Source: Phycisphaera mikurensis NBRC 102666
GTDB lineage: Bacteria; Planctomycetota; Phycisphaerae; Phycisphaerales; Phycisphaeraceae
Assembly (NCBI RefSeq): GCF_000284115.1
Contig: NC_017080.1
Span: 2,610,001 to 2,642,000, forward strand
Length of the DNA: 32,000 nucleotides
Direction of reading: 5' to 3'
In this document: piece after piece, positions 9,532 through 18,746 of the stretch
Layout: every line of letters begins with the position of its first letter
Numbering within the stretch: position 1 is the first letter of the stretch
Notes under the pieces: generated by a model
What the model was told of the DNA's origin: nothing
What the model saw: the letters and a program-made list of their open reading frames with translations, nothing else
Database searches by the model: none
Program-made: the position numbers and the translations under genes

Positions 9532-12500
9532 TCAGCCGCCGCTGGACTGCGACGCCAGCTGGCTGAGCGTGCCCAGCGAGGCGGACTGGTCCTGCAGCCC
9601 GGCGAGCACGCCCTCGAGGCCGGCGAACTCCTCCTGGAGGCGTTCCCGCTTGCGGTCGACGTTCACGTTGAGCCGATCGATTCGCTCGTTGTTCTGGCGG
9701 ATCTGGCGGTCGAGGGTGTCGATGCGGCTCTGCACGCTGCCGAACTGCACGTCGGTCAGCGCGTCGAGCAGGTTGTTGATCTCCACGGCGATGCCGTAGG
9801 TGGGCGTCGGCCCCGCGGGCGCCGGCTCGCCGGGCTCGCGGAGGGCGGCCTCGGCGGCCTCGGTCGCTCCGAACGCGAACAGCTGCTCCACCGAGGCGGG
9901 GTCGGTGGCGTAGGCGGCCTCGAGCTTCTCGCTGTCGATCTCCAGCTTCGCGTCGCTGCCGACGGTGATGCCGATCTCCGAGAGCGACTTGTAGCGGCCG
10001 GTGAGACCGGCGTTGGGGTTGATCACCGCGTTGTAGAGCGAGCTGCGGACGCGCTGCACGGTCGGGTCTCCGAGCAGCACGCCGCGGGTGTCGGTCTCCG
10101 CGTCGTAGCTGTCGAGCTCGTCCAGCCGCGACGTCAGGTCGTTGAACCCCTCGACGAAGGCGGTGACGGACTCGGTGACGGCGCCGCCGTCGGCGGCGAG
10201 GTTGATGGTCACCGGCTCGTCGCTGGCGCGGAGCAGGTCGATGGTCGCCCCGGGCACCACGCCCACGAGCTGGTTGCTGGTGCTGGTGACGGCGACGCCC
10301 TGCCCCCCACCCACGCCCCCGACGTAGGCCAGCGCGTCGCGGGCCTCCGAGAGGTTCTCCGCCCGCAGCGCGAGCCCGCCGTCGTCGAGCGTGAAGCCGT
10401 GGGCGGAGCCGGCCCGCGAGCCCGTCAGCGACAGGCGGAAGGGCCGTCCGGCGGTGCCGTCGTTCACGACCGAGGCGTCGATGCCGGCGCCCGAGGCGCT
10501 GATCGCCTGGGCGAGGTCCTGAAGGGTGCCCCCCGGGCCGCTGGCGACGTAGGTGCGCAGCGAGCCGTCGATGACGCTGGCCCCCTCGAAGCTGCCGCCG
10601 ATGCGCAGCGCGGCGGCGGCGGTGCCCTCGACGTCGACGATCTCGATCGCGTTGGCGCCGCTTCCGGTGCTCTCGATGAGCAGGCCGTCGCCGGTGTCGT
10701 TGATGCGGGCGCTCAGCGCGATGCCCTGCGCGTTGATCTTGGCGATCACGTCGCCGAGGGTCGCCCCGCTCTCGGGCACGCCGTCGGTGAGGTCGATCGT
10801 CCCCCGGCGGCCGTCGGCGTCCTGGATCGTGAACGTGCCGGCATCGACGCCGAGGCTCTGCAGCGTGGTGCCCGCCTCCGCGAAGCCGTACTGCAGCGAG
10901 CGGCCCTGGACGCGGCCGGAGCGGTGCTCGCCGGCGAGGCCTAGCTGCTCGGCGAGCACGCCGCCGGTGACGCTGGACACCCGCAGCGCCTCGTCGCCGC
11001 CGCTGCGGTCGATCAGCGCGATCCCGTCGCCCACGCTGTTGAGCCGGGCCTGCACGCCGGCGCCGGCGGCGTTGATGCGGTCGATCAGGTCGTCGGCGGT
11101 CTCGGCCCCGGCGAAGTCGACCACCGTCACGCCGCCGGCGGCGTTGCGGATCTGCACCTGGCTGCCCCGGGCCTCGGCTCCGGAGGGGTCCAGCAGGCGG
11201 CCGACGGCGGTGCCGCCGCGGGCGGTGCCGGCGAGGCCCAGCTCGGCGGCGACGCGGCCGCCGTCGGGGCCGCCGCTCACCGCGAAAGCGCCCTCGCCCT
11301 CGGTGTGGTCGGCGAGGATCAAGCGATCGTCCTGGAGGAAGGCCGTGGCCTTGCCGCCGAGCCCGGCGTTGATGGAGCCGAGCAGGGCGTCGAGGGTGTC
11401 GAGGCCGTCGAGGTCCAGCTCGAAGGCGCTGCCGTCCGCGGTCTCGACGATCAGGTCGGCGACGCCGTCCGCGCCCGGCGTTCCGCCGCCGGGCAGGCCC
11501 AGGGGGTTCGCCGCCGCGGCCGCTTGGTTGGAGGTGGTGAGGCCGGCCCCGCCGAAGAGGTCGGCAAGGGCGGTGTCCCCGGAGAGGGGCACGTAAGCGG
11601 CGCCGCCGAGGGCGGCGAGCCCGCGGCCGCCGAAGGCCGGGCCGAGCAGCTTCGATCCGACGCCGCCGCGGATCCGCTCGCCGGTGATCGTGCCGGCGGA
11701 CGCGGTGGCCTCGGCCAGGCCCAGCCCGGCGAGCGCGTCCGAGCCCGGCGTCCCGCTCACGCCGAAGCCGCCGCCGCCGGCCGTGCGGTCCGTCAGCTCG
11801 AGCCCGCGGCCGTCGGCCCGGACCGCCAGCGACACCCGGCCCTCGCCGGCCTCGTCGATCCGGTCGAAGACCTCGCCCAGCGTCGCCGCGCCCGAGAGGT
11901 CCACCGAGAAGCCGTCGCCGCCGGAGGTGGTGAAGGTCAGGTCGTCGCCGGCCCCGAAGCGGACGCCGCGGCCGTCGCGGAGGCTCGCCAGGTCGGTCTC
12001 GCGGCCGAGCGTGTTGAGGTCGCGGCCGACGATCTCGCCGTTCACCGGTGGCCCGTCGAGGCCGAGCGAGCCGACCACGTCGGCCTCGCCGACGTTGATG
12101 AGCTGCACCGTCCGCTCCGGCGTCTGGCTCAGGTTCGAGAGGTTGCTCACACGCAGACCGCCCTCGGTCACCTCCGCCTCGACCGCGAGCTGGAGAGCGT
12201 TGATGCCGTCGGCCACCTCCTGCAGCGAGGCGATGCCCGACAGATCGAGCGTCCGCGTCTTCTGCGTGTGGTCGATGATCTTGATCTGGCCCCGCTCCAC
12301 ACCGAGGCCGCCGTTGAGGGCTTCGAGCGGGGTGTCGTTGGTGAGCTTGGAGCCGTTCCGCGAGAACGCGAGCAGCCGCGGCTCAGGCGCGACCGCCTGC
12401 GTGCTCGCGTTGGCGAAGCCGCGGCTGACGGTCTGCTGGCTCGACACCAGCCGGTTGACCGTCACCTGGTAGTCGCCCGCGGCCGCGCCGGCCGAGCCGG

Positions 12501-12759
12501 TGACGGTCGCCACCTCCTCGTTGGAGCTGGTCGCGGTGGTCTTGTTGAAGGTGGTCGGCCGGGTCAGCTTCGCGGCGTCGAGCTTGATCGACAGGAGCTT
12601 CGCCGAGACCTCGTTCAACGCCGTCTGCGTCTCCTCGAGCTCGGCGTTCCGCGCCTCGACGCGGTCGACGCCACGCCGCTCGATCGCGATCAGCTGATCG
12701 ATGATCTCCGCGGAGTTGATCCCGCTGACGAGGCCGACACTGGAGGCGAACTGTCCCAT
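9532..12759 (-). CDS. fliD: Flagellar hook-associated protein 2 (filament cap), unusually long (~1075 aa)
   Basis: N-terminus MGQFASSVGLVSGINSAEIIDQLIAIERRGVDRVEARNAELEETQTALNEVSAKLLSI. C-terminus GRYKSLSEIGITVGSDAKLEIDSEKLEAAYATDPASVEQLF and IRQNNERIDRLNVNVDRKRERLQEEFAGLEGVLAGLQDQSASL. The track start at 13083 is too far upstream. Confidence 0.93.
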   Translation of the reverse strand: MGQFASSVGLVSGINSAEIIDQLIAIERRGVDRVEARNAELEETQTALNEVSAKLLSIKLDAAKLTRPTTFNKTTATSSNEEVATVTGSAGAAAGDYQVTVNRLVSSQQTVSRGFANASTQAVAPEPRLLAFSRNGSKLTNDTPLEALNGGLGVERGQIKIIDHTQKTRTLDLSGIASLQEVADGINALQLAVEAEVTEGGLRVSNLSNLSQTPERTVQLINVGEADVVGSLGLDGPPVNGEIVGRDLNTLGRETDLASLRDGRGVRFGAGDDLTFTTSGGDGFSVDLSGAATLGEVFDRIDEAGEGRVSLAVRADGRGLELTDRTAGGGGFGVSGTPGSDALAGLGLAEATASAGTITGERIRGGVGSKLLGPAFGGRGLAALGGAAYVPLSGDTALADLFGGAGLTTSNQAAAAANPLGLPGGGTPGADGVADLIVETADGSAFELDLDGLDTLDALLGSINAGLGGKATAFLQDDRLILADHTEGEGAFAVSGGPDGGRVAAELGLAGTARGGTAVGRLLDPSGAEARGSQVQIRNAAGGVTVVDFAGAETADDLIDRINAAGAGVQARLNSVGDGIALIDRSGGDEALRVSSVTGGVLAEQLGLAGEHRSGRVQGRSLQYGFAEAGTTLQSLGVDAGTFTIQDADGRRGTIDLTDGVPESGATLGDVIAKINAQGIALSARINDTGDGLLIESTGSGANAIEIVDVEGTAAAALRIGGSFEGASVIDGSLRTYVASGPGGTLQDLAQAISASGAGIDASVVNDGTAGRPFRLSLTGSRAGSAHGFTLDDGGLALRAENLSEARDALAYVGGVGGGQGVAVTSTSNQLVGVVPGATIDLLRASDEPVTINLAADGGAVTESVTAFVEGFNDLTSRLDELDSYDAETDTRGVLLGDPTVQRVRSSLYNAVINPNAGLTGRYKSLSEIGITVGSDAKLEIDSEKLEAAYATDPASVEQLFAFGATEAAEAALREPGEPAPAGPTPTYGIAVEINNLLDALTDVQFGSVQSRIDTLDRQIRQNNERIDRLNVNVDRKRERLQEEFAGLEGVLAGLQDQSASLGTLSQLASQSSGG

Positions 12760-12905
12760 GGCAAGAAGAAGCCCCGGGACCGTGGCGGAGCTTCGCTTGC
12801 GGGCCGTATCGGCCGGGGGAAGGGAGCGCCTTGAGGGGGCGGCCGGGCGGGAAGGCAGACCCGCAGCCATCCCGCACGGCCGGCGTACCCGCCGTCGGGC
12901 CGGCC

Positions 12906-13754
12906 CTACCGCGCCCGTCCGCCCGTTCCGCCGTCCACCTGCTGCGCTTCGGCCGCGTCCTCGAGCTTCTCCATCACCCGCTTGAGGTCTTCCCAAACCA
13001 TCATCCGGTTGTCGCGCGTGTAGGAACGCAGCACGAAGGCGGGTGAGAGCGTGGGCATGACCGGGACGGGCGGGTCGGTCCACCCGCAGCTCGTCCAGAC
13101 GCCGCGGAGCCGGGTGATGCCGGGAACCTCGCCGAGCAGCGCCTTGGCGGCCGCTCCGCCCATCGCCACCACCACCTCGGGGGCGGCGAGGCGGAGCTGG
13201 GCCTGCAGGGCACCCGCGCCGGCGGCGAGCTCGGCGGGCGAGGGGTGCCCGCCGCCCGCCGGCTTGAACGGCAGGCAGGGGCAGCGGAACACGTCCCCGG
13301 ACGCGAGCTTCATCGCGTTGACCATGCCGTCGAGCAGCTTGGCGGCCTCGTCCGCTTCCGCGCCGGAAGCCGGCGGCTCGTTGACGAAGAGCACCCGCGC
13401 GGGCAGGCCGCCGGAGCCGAGCACGGGCGGCTGGCCCCGCAGCCGTTCGGCGAGGTCGGGATCTTCCGCCAGCGCGGCGGCCAGCGCGGCGAGCTTCTCG
13501 GCGGGCGTGCCGCCGCCGAGGTCCCAGGCGGCGGCGGCCGGCGGCGGCGGCGGCGGCGGATTGGATCGGCCGGCCCGGGCCGCGGCGGGAGCGAGCGGCG
13601 GCGCGGACGGCGCGGAATCCTCCCTCGCGGCGGCGGGCAGGGCGACCCCCGCCGCCGGCCGGCGGAGCGGCACCGATTCGACGCCCATCAGGCGGTCGGT
13701 CTCGAGGAACTGCCGGAGGACCCGGGCGGCGCGTTCGGCCTCCATCCGCGGCAC
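12906..13754 (-). CDS. Divergent uracil-DNA glycosylase-superfamily protein
   Basis: ARVLFVNEPPASGAEADEAAKLLDGMVNAM...LRLAAPEVVVAMGGAAAKALLG...PVMPTLSPAFVLRSYTRDNRMMVWEDLKRVMEKL has family-4/5 UDG layout. GTG start at 13754, or ATG at 13745. Confidence 0.65.
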   Translation of the reverse strand: MPRMEAERAARVLRQFLETDRLMGVESVPLRRPAAGVALPAAAREDSAPSAPPLAPAAARAGRSNPPPPPPPAAAAWDLGGGTPAEKLAALAAALAEDPDLAERLRGQPPVLGSGGLPARVLFVNEPPASGAEADEAAKLLDGMVNAMKLASGDVFRCPCLPFKPAGGGHPSPAELAAGAGALQAQLRLAAPEVVVAMGGAAAKALLGEVPGITRLRGVWTSCGWTDPPVPVMPTLSPAFVLRSYTRDNRMMVWEDLKRVMEKLEDAAEAQQVDGGTGGRAR

Positions 13755-13755
13755 C

Positions 13756-14112
13756 CTACCCGGCCGCCCGAGCGCCCAGCCGCTTCTCCAGCCACCGCTC
13801 CCAAGCGGCGACCGCCCCGCGTCGGCCCGGTGCGTCCTGGTACCAGCGGTAGCCGAAGCGCTCGTCGGAGAGCCGGCGGAGCCCGCCGATCGCGAACAGC
13901 CGCACCGCCGGGTCGTCGTCGTCGAGGGCCCGCACCAGCGCCGCCGCGTCGCTCGCGGCCGCCCGGCCGTCCTCCGCGGCCCCGACCAGCGCCGGCACCC
14001 TCGCCGCCACCCGCGAGCTGGCGAGGTCGGGCTCGACGGCCGGGGCGGTGCAGCCCGCCGCGCAAGCCGTCGCCAGCGCGAAGCAGGGGAGCAGGAGGCC
14101 GCGGGCGAGCAC
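13756..14112 (-). CDS. Small putative lipoprotein, possibly HEAT-like
   Basis: MLARGLLLPCFALATACAAGC signal/lipobox-like segment, then AAALVRALDDDDPAVRLFAIGGLRRLSD resembling a HEAT helix pair. Confidence 0.5.
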   Translation of the reverse strand: MLARGLLLPCFALATACAAGCTAPAVEPDLASSRVAARVPALVGAAEDGRAAASDAAALVRALDDDDPAVRLFAIGGLRRLSDERFGYRWYQDAPGRRGAVAAWERWLEKRLGARAAG

Positions 14113-14160
14113 GCGCCGACGGTATCAGCGAGCCGTCGCCGCGGCCCGCTTCCGGTGCGT

Positions 14161-14206
14161 CCGCGGACCGTCGCCCGCCGGAGCCTCTGCGGCCGACGGT
14201 CCGCGG
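14161..14206. promoter_or_regulatory. Perfect 13-bp inverted repeat (hairpin) between divergent genes
   Basis: CCGCGGACCGTCG (14161-14173) pairs with CGACGGTCCGCGG (14194-14206), 20-nt loop. Confidence 0.6.
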
Positions 14207-14213
14207 GAGGAGC

Positions 14214-14238
14214 GAGATTGACGATCGTTTACAATCTC
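14214..14238. promoter_or_regulatory. Operator-like inverted repeat upstream of the glycoside hydrolase
   Basis: GAGATTG-ACGATCGTTTA-CAATCTC: 7-bp arms, 11-nt spacer, unusually AT-rich for this window, about 90 bp upstream of the 14330 start. Confidence 0.35.
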
Positions 14239-14329
14239 GGAGCCCGGGTCCTCCCCCGGCGTTTCCTCCCTTTCCGCCTGGAGCCTCGTCCTGCTTCCGC
14301 CTTCCCGCCCTTCCCGCCGCCGCCTCGCG

Positions 14330-16645
14330 GTGCTGCTGGCCTGCCTCCTGCCCCTGGGTCACGCCGCCGCGGAGGTCGCCCTTCCGCCGTCGGCCCAAGC
14401 CGACAAGGCCCGCCTGGCGCACCTCTTCGAGGTCGCCGAGCGGCACGACCCGGTGCGGATGACGCAGGTGAACAGCCAGGAGCAGCGGCTCCAAGCGGTG
14501 CGCTTCGGACGCGGCACCGGGCCGGTCCGCGGCGAGGCCCGGCTGGAGGTGCCGGCCGACCTCCTGCCGCTCTGGAGCTTCTTCAAGCAGCTGCAGCTCG
14601 TTGGCGAGACCGCGGGGCTCTCGGTGGCTTGGCGGAGCGGCAGCGGCGCCGCCGGCGAGGCCTCTCACTGGTACCGAGCCGAGGGCCTCAACGTCTTCCA
14701 GGCGGGAAGCATTCCCGCGGAGCCCGGCACGCCGCTGACGCTGATCCTCCGCGGCGAGGGCCGGCTCGAGGAGGTGCGGCTGCAGATCGACGACAACGGC
14801 ATCGGCCCGGTCTTCGACGAGTCGCCCTGGTCCGCCCTCGGGGCCGACCGGCCGGTCGTCCCGGTCGGCGTCGAGATGGACCTCTCGGCGAAACGCGCGT
14901 TAGGCGGGACGACCCGCTTCGAGCGCGAGAAGTTCTTCCGCGTCTACGCGGCTCCCTGGGGCGGCCCCTGGGGCGTGCTCGACGCGGTGGCGGAGCGAGG
15001 GTTCCTCCCGGGCCGCCAGCTCTTCAAGATCGCGCCCGCGCTGGAGGTCGGTTATCCCGAGGACGGCCCCGGCAAGCCGCCCTTCCGCGAGGACCCCGAC
15101 CGCCCGCGACACACCGATCCGGCCTTCTTCTCCAGCGGCTGGTCCTGGCCGGAGGTGGAGGCCGGGATCGCCGAGCGGTACGCGGGGCTGGACTACGCGC
15201 TGTGCCTCGACGAGTGGCCGAGCTTCAACCGGCACGCCGGGCCCGGCGTCGTGAACAGCCGCGGGACCCCCGCCGACTTCGACGCCGCGGCGGAGACCGC
15301 CGGCCGGACCGTCAAGCTCGTCTCCGAGCTCACCGGCCTCGCGCCGGCATGGGTCGAGGTCAAGAACGAGTCGGACGTGCCCTACGAGTGGAGCTACCAC
15401 GGCGTCGAGGGCGTCGACGCCTGGGACCTGCTCGCCGACTTCCACGTCAAGGTGGCGGACGCCGTCCGCGCGTTCAGCCCGGGCGTGAAGGTCGGCGGCC
15501 CGACGTCCGCGTACCCCGCGCTCGCGGTGAAGGACTGGGCGCTCGCCCGCCGCCACACGGCGTTCATGGATGCCACCCGCGGCCGCCTGGACTTCTACAG
15601 CCACCACTTCTACGAGGGCGCGGGCCTGCTCTTCGAGGACCTGCGGGCCGGCGGCGGCGACACCTACCTGCTGGGCAAGGCGACGTCCTACCTCGACCTG
15701 CTGCGAGCCCACGGGGCCAACACCGGCAACACCGTGCCCTTCCTGCTGACCGAGTTCGGCACGCTCACCGGCGGTGGGCAGGACCACCAGCGGTGGCAGG
15801 CGATCCGCAACTGGAGCGCCTACCTCGTGCAGTTCATGCAGCGGCCCGACGAGCTGGACCTCTGCGTGCCCTTCGCCATCCCGCTGCTGTGGTGGGACCC
15901 CGACCACCCCCACGCGCTCTTCGAGCCCGACGGCGACGGGGGCTGGCGGCCGACGCCGATGGCGCGGTTCCTGGACCTCTGGGAGGGCTACGGCGGCGAG
16001 CTGTTGCCCATCGCCAGCGACGACCCGCTGGTGAGCGTGCACGCGGCCGGGGACGGGCGGACGCTGTGGGTGGCGATCAGCAACATGAGGTCGCGCCGCG
16101 TCGCGGTGGACCTCGCGGCCGGCCTCGCCGGGGCAGAGGTGGCGACCGCGGACCGCCGGCGGCTGTGGCTGGACCGCGGCGAGCTGGTGTGGTCGGTGGA
16201 GGACGCCGCGGCCGCCCTGGCCGCCGTCGAGCTCTCGCCGGAGGAAACCTCCATCCTGGAGATCACCCTCGCCGAGCCGCTGAGCCCGGCGCGGGTCCTG
16301 GGGTTGAGCCGCCACTACGGAACGCGGACGCTGCTGCGGACCGGCACGCCGCAGACGCTGACGGTCGGCGGCCCCGCGGGGGCCGCCGCCTCGGCCCTCC
16401 TGCGGGTGGGCGTGCAGCGTGAGAACGGCTTCACGCAGCCGCTGCGGGTGAGCTTCAACGGCGCGGAGTTGGAGGCGGACCTTGCCTTCTCCGCCGGCAT
16501 CCCGGCTTTCGACGCCTTCGTGACGGTGGAGGTCCCCGCCGGCCTCGTTCGCGAGCGCAACCAGCTCGTGCTCCACCAGCCCGAGCCCGGCGGCACGCTC
16601 GCCTCCGCGGTCCTGCTCGTAGAAACCGAGCGGCCGCTGCCCTGA
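14330..16645 (+). CDS. Secreted clan GH-A glycoside hydrolase, GH86-like (beta-agarase/beta-porphyranase type)
   Basis: Hydrophobic leader (VLLACLLPLGHAAAEV, GTG start), FEREKFFRVYAAPWGGPWGVLD, acid/base candidate APAWVEVKNESDVPYEWSYHG, nucleophile candidate VPFLLTEFGTLTGGGQ, and a beta-sandwich-like C-terminus. The family call is from recognition only. Confidence 0.62.
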   Translation: MLLACLLPLGHAAAEVALPPSAQADKARLAHLFEVAERHDPVRMTQVNSQEQRLQAVRFGRGTGPVRGEARLEVPADLLPLWSFFKQLQLVGETAGLSVAWRSGSGAAGEASHWYRAEGLNVFQAGSIPAEPGTPLTLILRGEGRLEEVRLQIDDNGIGPVFDESPWSALGADRPVVPVGVEMDLSAKRALGGTTRFEREKFFRVYAAPWGGPWGVLDAVAERGFLPGRQLFKIAPALEVGYPEDGPGKPPFREDPDRPRHTDPAFFSSGWSWPEVEAGIAERYAGLDYALCLDEWPSFNRHAGPGVVNSRGTPADFDAAAETAGRTVKLVSELTGLAPAWVEVKNESDVPYEWSYHGVEGVDAWDLLADFHVKVADAVRAFSPGVKVGGPTSAYPALAVKDWALARRHTAFMDATRGRLDFYSHHFYEGAGLLFEDLRAGGGDTYLLGKATSYLDLLRAHGANTGNTVPFLLTEFGTLTGGGQDHQRWQAIRNWSAYLVQFMQRPDELDLCVPFAIPLLWWDPDHPHALFEPDGDGGWRPTPMARFLDLWEGYGGELLPIASDDPLVSVHAAGDGRTLWVAISNMRSRRVAVDLAAGLAGAEVATADRRRLWLDRGELVWSVEDAAAALAAVELSPEETSILEITLAEPLSPARVLGLSRHYGTRTLLRTGTPQTLTVGGPAGAAASALLRVGVQRENGFTQPLRVSFNGAELEADLAFSAGIPAFDAFVTVEVPAGLVRERNQLVLHQPEPGGTLASAVLLVETERPLP

Positions 16646-16726
16646 GCCCTCTCGTTGATCCGGGGGCGGCCGCGCGGCGGGCCGGTGCGGGCCATGCCAA
16701 GCCCCCCGCGTTAGCCTCCGCGGCTT

Positions 16727-18595
16727 ATGTCCTCGACCTACCGAACGCACTCCTGCGGGGCCCTCCGCCCCGCCGACTCCGGCTCCACCGTCACCCTCTC
16801 GGGGTGGGTGAACAACTACCGCGACCACGGCGGGGTGCGCTTCGTGGACCTCCGCGACCGCGACGGCCTGACCCAGGTCGTCTTCCACCCCGAGGCCGCC
16901 GCCGCTCACCAAACGGCCCAGAAGCTGCGGCACGAGGACGTCATCACCGTGACCGGCGAGGTGGTGGCCCGCGAGGGCGGCGTCAACCCGAAGCTGGCGA
17001 CCGGGGAGGTCGAGGTGGACGCGTCGGCGTTGAGGGTCCTCAGCAAGAGCCTCACGCCGCCGTTCACCCCCGACGAAGCCGGCAAGGTCAACGAGGAGAT
17101 CCGCCTCCGCCACCGCTACCTCGACATGCGCCGCCCGCGGATGCAGGAGATTCTGCGGAAGCGGCACCGCGTCACCAAGACCGTCCGCGACTTCTGCGAC
17201 GAGCACGGCTTCCTGGAGATCGAGACCCCTTTCCTGTGCCGGTCCACCCCCGAGGGTGCCCGCGACTTCCTGGTCCCCTCGCGTCTCCAGGCCGGCAGCT
17301 TCTACGCGCTCCCGCAGAGCCCGCAGCTCTTCAAGCAGCTGCTGATGATCGGCGGCGCCGAGCGGTACGTGCAGATCGTCCGCTGCTTCCGCGACGAGGA
17401 CCCGCGAGCCGACCGCCAGGCGGAGTTCACGCAGGTCGACCTGGAGATGAGCTTCGTCGACCAGGAGGACGTCATCGGCCTCTGCGAGGGCATGATCCGC
17501 CGCATCTGGAAGGACGTCGCCGGCGTCGACGTGCCCACGATCCAGCGCATGCCCTACGCCGAGGCGATGGCCCGCTTCGGCAGCGACCGGCCCGACCTGC
17601 GCTTCGGCATGGAGCTGGTGGACGTGACCCAGACGTGCCGCTCGACCGGCTTCAAGGTCTTCGACGGCGCCGTCGCCGCCGGTGGCGCGGTGAAGCTGAT
17701 CCGGGTGCCCGGCGGCGGCTCGCTCACGCGGAAGCAGACCGACGCGCTCGCGGACTTCGCGAAGGGCTTCGGCGGCGGCGGGCTCCCGGTGTGCAAGGTG
17801 GAGGACGCAGGCGGGACGCTCCAGCTCGCCACCGGCGTCGCCAAGTTCCTCGGGGGCGTCGGCCCGCGGCTGATCGATGCGGCCGGGGCCGAGGCCGGCG
17901 ACCTCCTGTGCTTCGGCGTCGACCCCAAGCCCGCCACGGTCGACCGCGTGCTCGGCGAGCTCCGCGTGAAGCTCGCCCACGACCTCGGGCTGATCGACCC
18001 GGAGCAGAACGCCTGGGTCTGGATCGTCGACTTCCCGCTCGTGGAGTGGCTCGAAGAGCCCGCCGGGCTCCGGGCCGCCGTCGCCGACGGAGCGGGCCAG
18101 TCCGGATCGGCCGCGGCCTCGGCGCCCGGCCGCTGGCACGCGCTGCACCACCCGTTCACGGCGCCCGCGGAGGGCTCGGCGGAGGCGCTCAAGAGCGGCG
18201 ATCGCGAGCGGATCGCCGCCGTCACCAGCAAGGCCTACGACCTCGTGCTCAACGGCAGCGAGCTCGGCGGTGGCAGCATCCGCGTGCACGCGCCCGAGAC
18301 GCAAGCCACGATCTTCGAGCTGCTGGGCATCCACCCCGAGGAGCAGCGGAACAAGTTCGGCTTCCTCCTCGACGCGCTCCAGCACGGCGCTCCGCCGCAC
18401 GGCGGCCTCGCCTTCGGCCTCGACCGCGTGGTGATGCACCTGGTCGGCACCACCAACATCCGCGACGTCATCGCCTTCCCCAAGACGCAGAACGGGGCGG
18501 ACCTGCTGACCGACGCGCCCTCGGAGGTGGAGGACAAGCAGCTCGAGGAGCTGTCGTTGGTGGTGCGGAGGGCGGCGGCCGCGGCAACCGCTTGA
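16727..18595 (+). CDS. aspS: Aspartyl-tRNA synthetase
   Basis: VTLSGWVNNYRDHGGVRFVDLRDRDGLTQVVF, RHRYLDMRRPRMQEILRKRHRVTKTVRDFCDEHGFLEIETPFL, SPQLFKQLLMIGGAERYVQIVRCFRDEDPRADRQAEFTQVDLEMSF, GGLAFGLDRVVMHL. Confidence 0.98.
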   Translation: MSSTYRTHSCGALRPADSGSTVTLSGWVNNYRDHGGVRFVDLRDRDGLTQVVFHPEAAAAHQTAQKLRHEDVITVTGEVVAREGGVNPKLATGEVEVDASALRVLSKSLTPPFTPDEAGKVNEEIRLRHRYLDMRRPRMQEILRKRHRVTKTVRDFCDEHGFLEIETPFLCRSTPEGARDFLVPSRLQAGSFYALPQSPQLFKQLLMIGGAERYVQIVRCFRDEDPRADRQAEFTQVDLEMSFVDQEDVIGLCEGMIRRIWKDVAGVDVPTIQRMPYAEAMARFGSDRPDLRFGMELVDVTQTCRSTGFKVFDGAVAAGGAVKLIRVPGGGSLTRKQTDALADFAKGFGGGGLPVCKVEDAGGTLQLATGVAKFLGGVGPRLIDAAGAEAGDLLCFGVDPKPATVDRVLGELRVKLAHDLGLIDPEQNAWVWIVDFPLVEWLEEPAGLRAAVADGAGQSGSAAASAPGRWHALHHPFTAPAEGSAEALKSGDRERIAAVTSKAYDLVLNGSELGGGSIRVHAPETQATIFELLGIHPEEQRNKFGFLLDALQHGAPPHGGLAFGLDRVVMHLVGTTNIRDVIAFPKTQNGADLLTDAPSEVEDKQLEELSLVVRRAAAAATA

Positions 18596-18615
18596 GCGGC
18601 GGAGGGAGCCGCCGC
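18596..18615 (+). terminator. Possible short GC hairpin terminator after aspS
   Basis: GCGGCGG-AGGGAG-CCGCCGC immediately after the TGA; no T-tract. Confidence 0.35.
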
Positions 18616-18746
18616 GTGCCGCCCGCGGCGGCGGCCGCGACGCTCCCGCGTGCTCCGCTTCTTCTCTCGCCGCCCGCCCGCTGCTCGGACCCGCCGATCC
18701 GCCCCGCCTCCGCTCGCGTTTCTTCCCTCGCCCGCCCAAGTTCCCC

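Noticed and set aside
13051-16422. 1123-aa plus ORF plus other long overlapping ORFs (11305-12834, 9532-13083 5' part, 22830-25658, 23228-25894, 26243-28120)
   Set aside because: Out-of-frame or antisense readings of fliD, the UDG-like gene, the GH-like gene, fusA, sucC and gpsA. Composition is typical of high-GC3 shadow ORFs.
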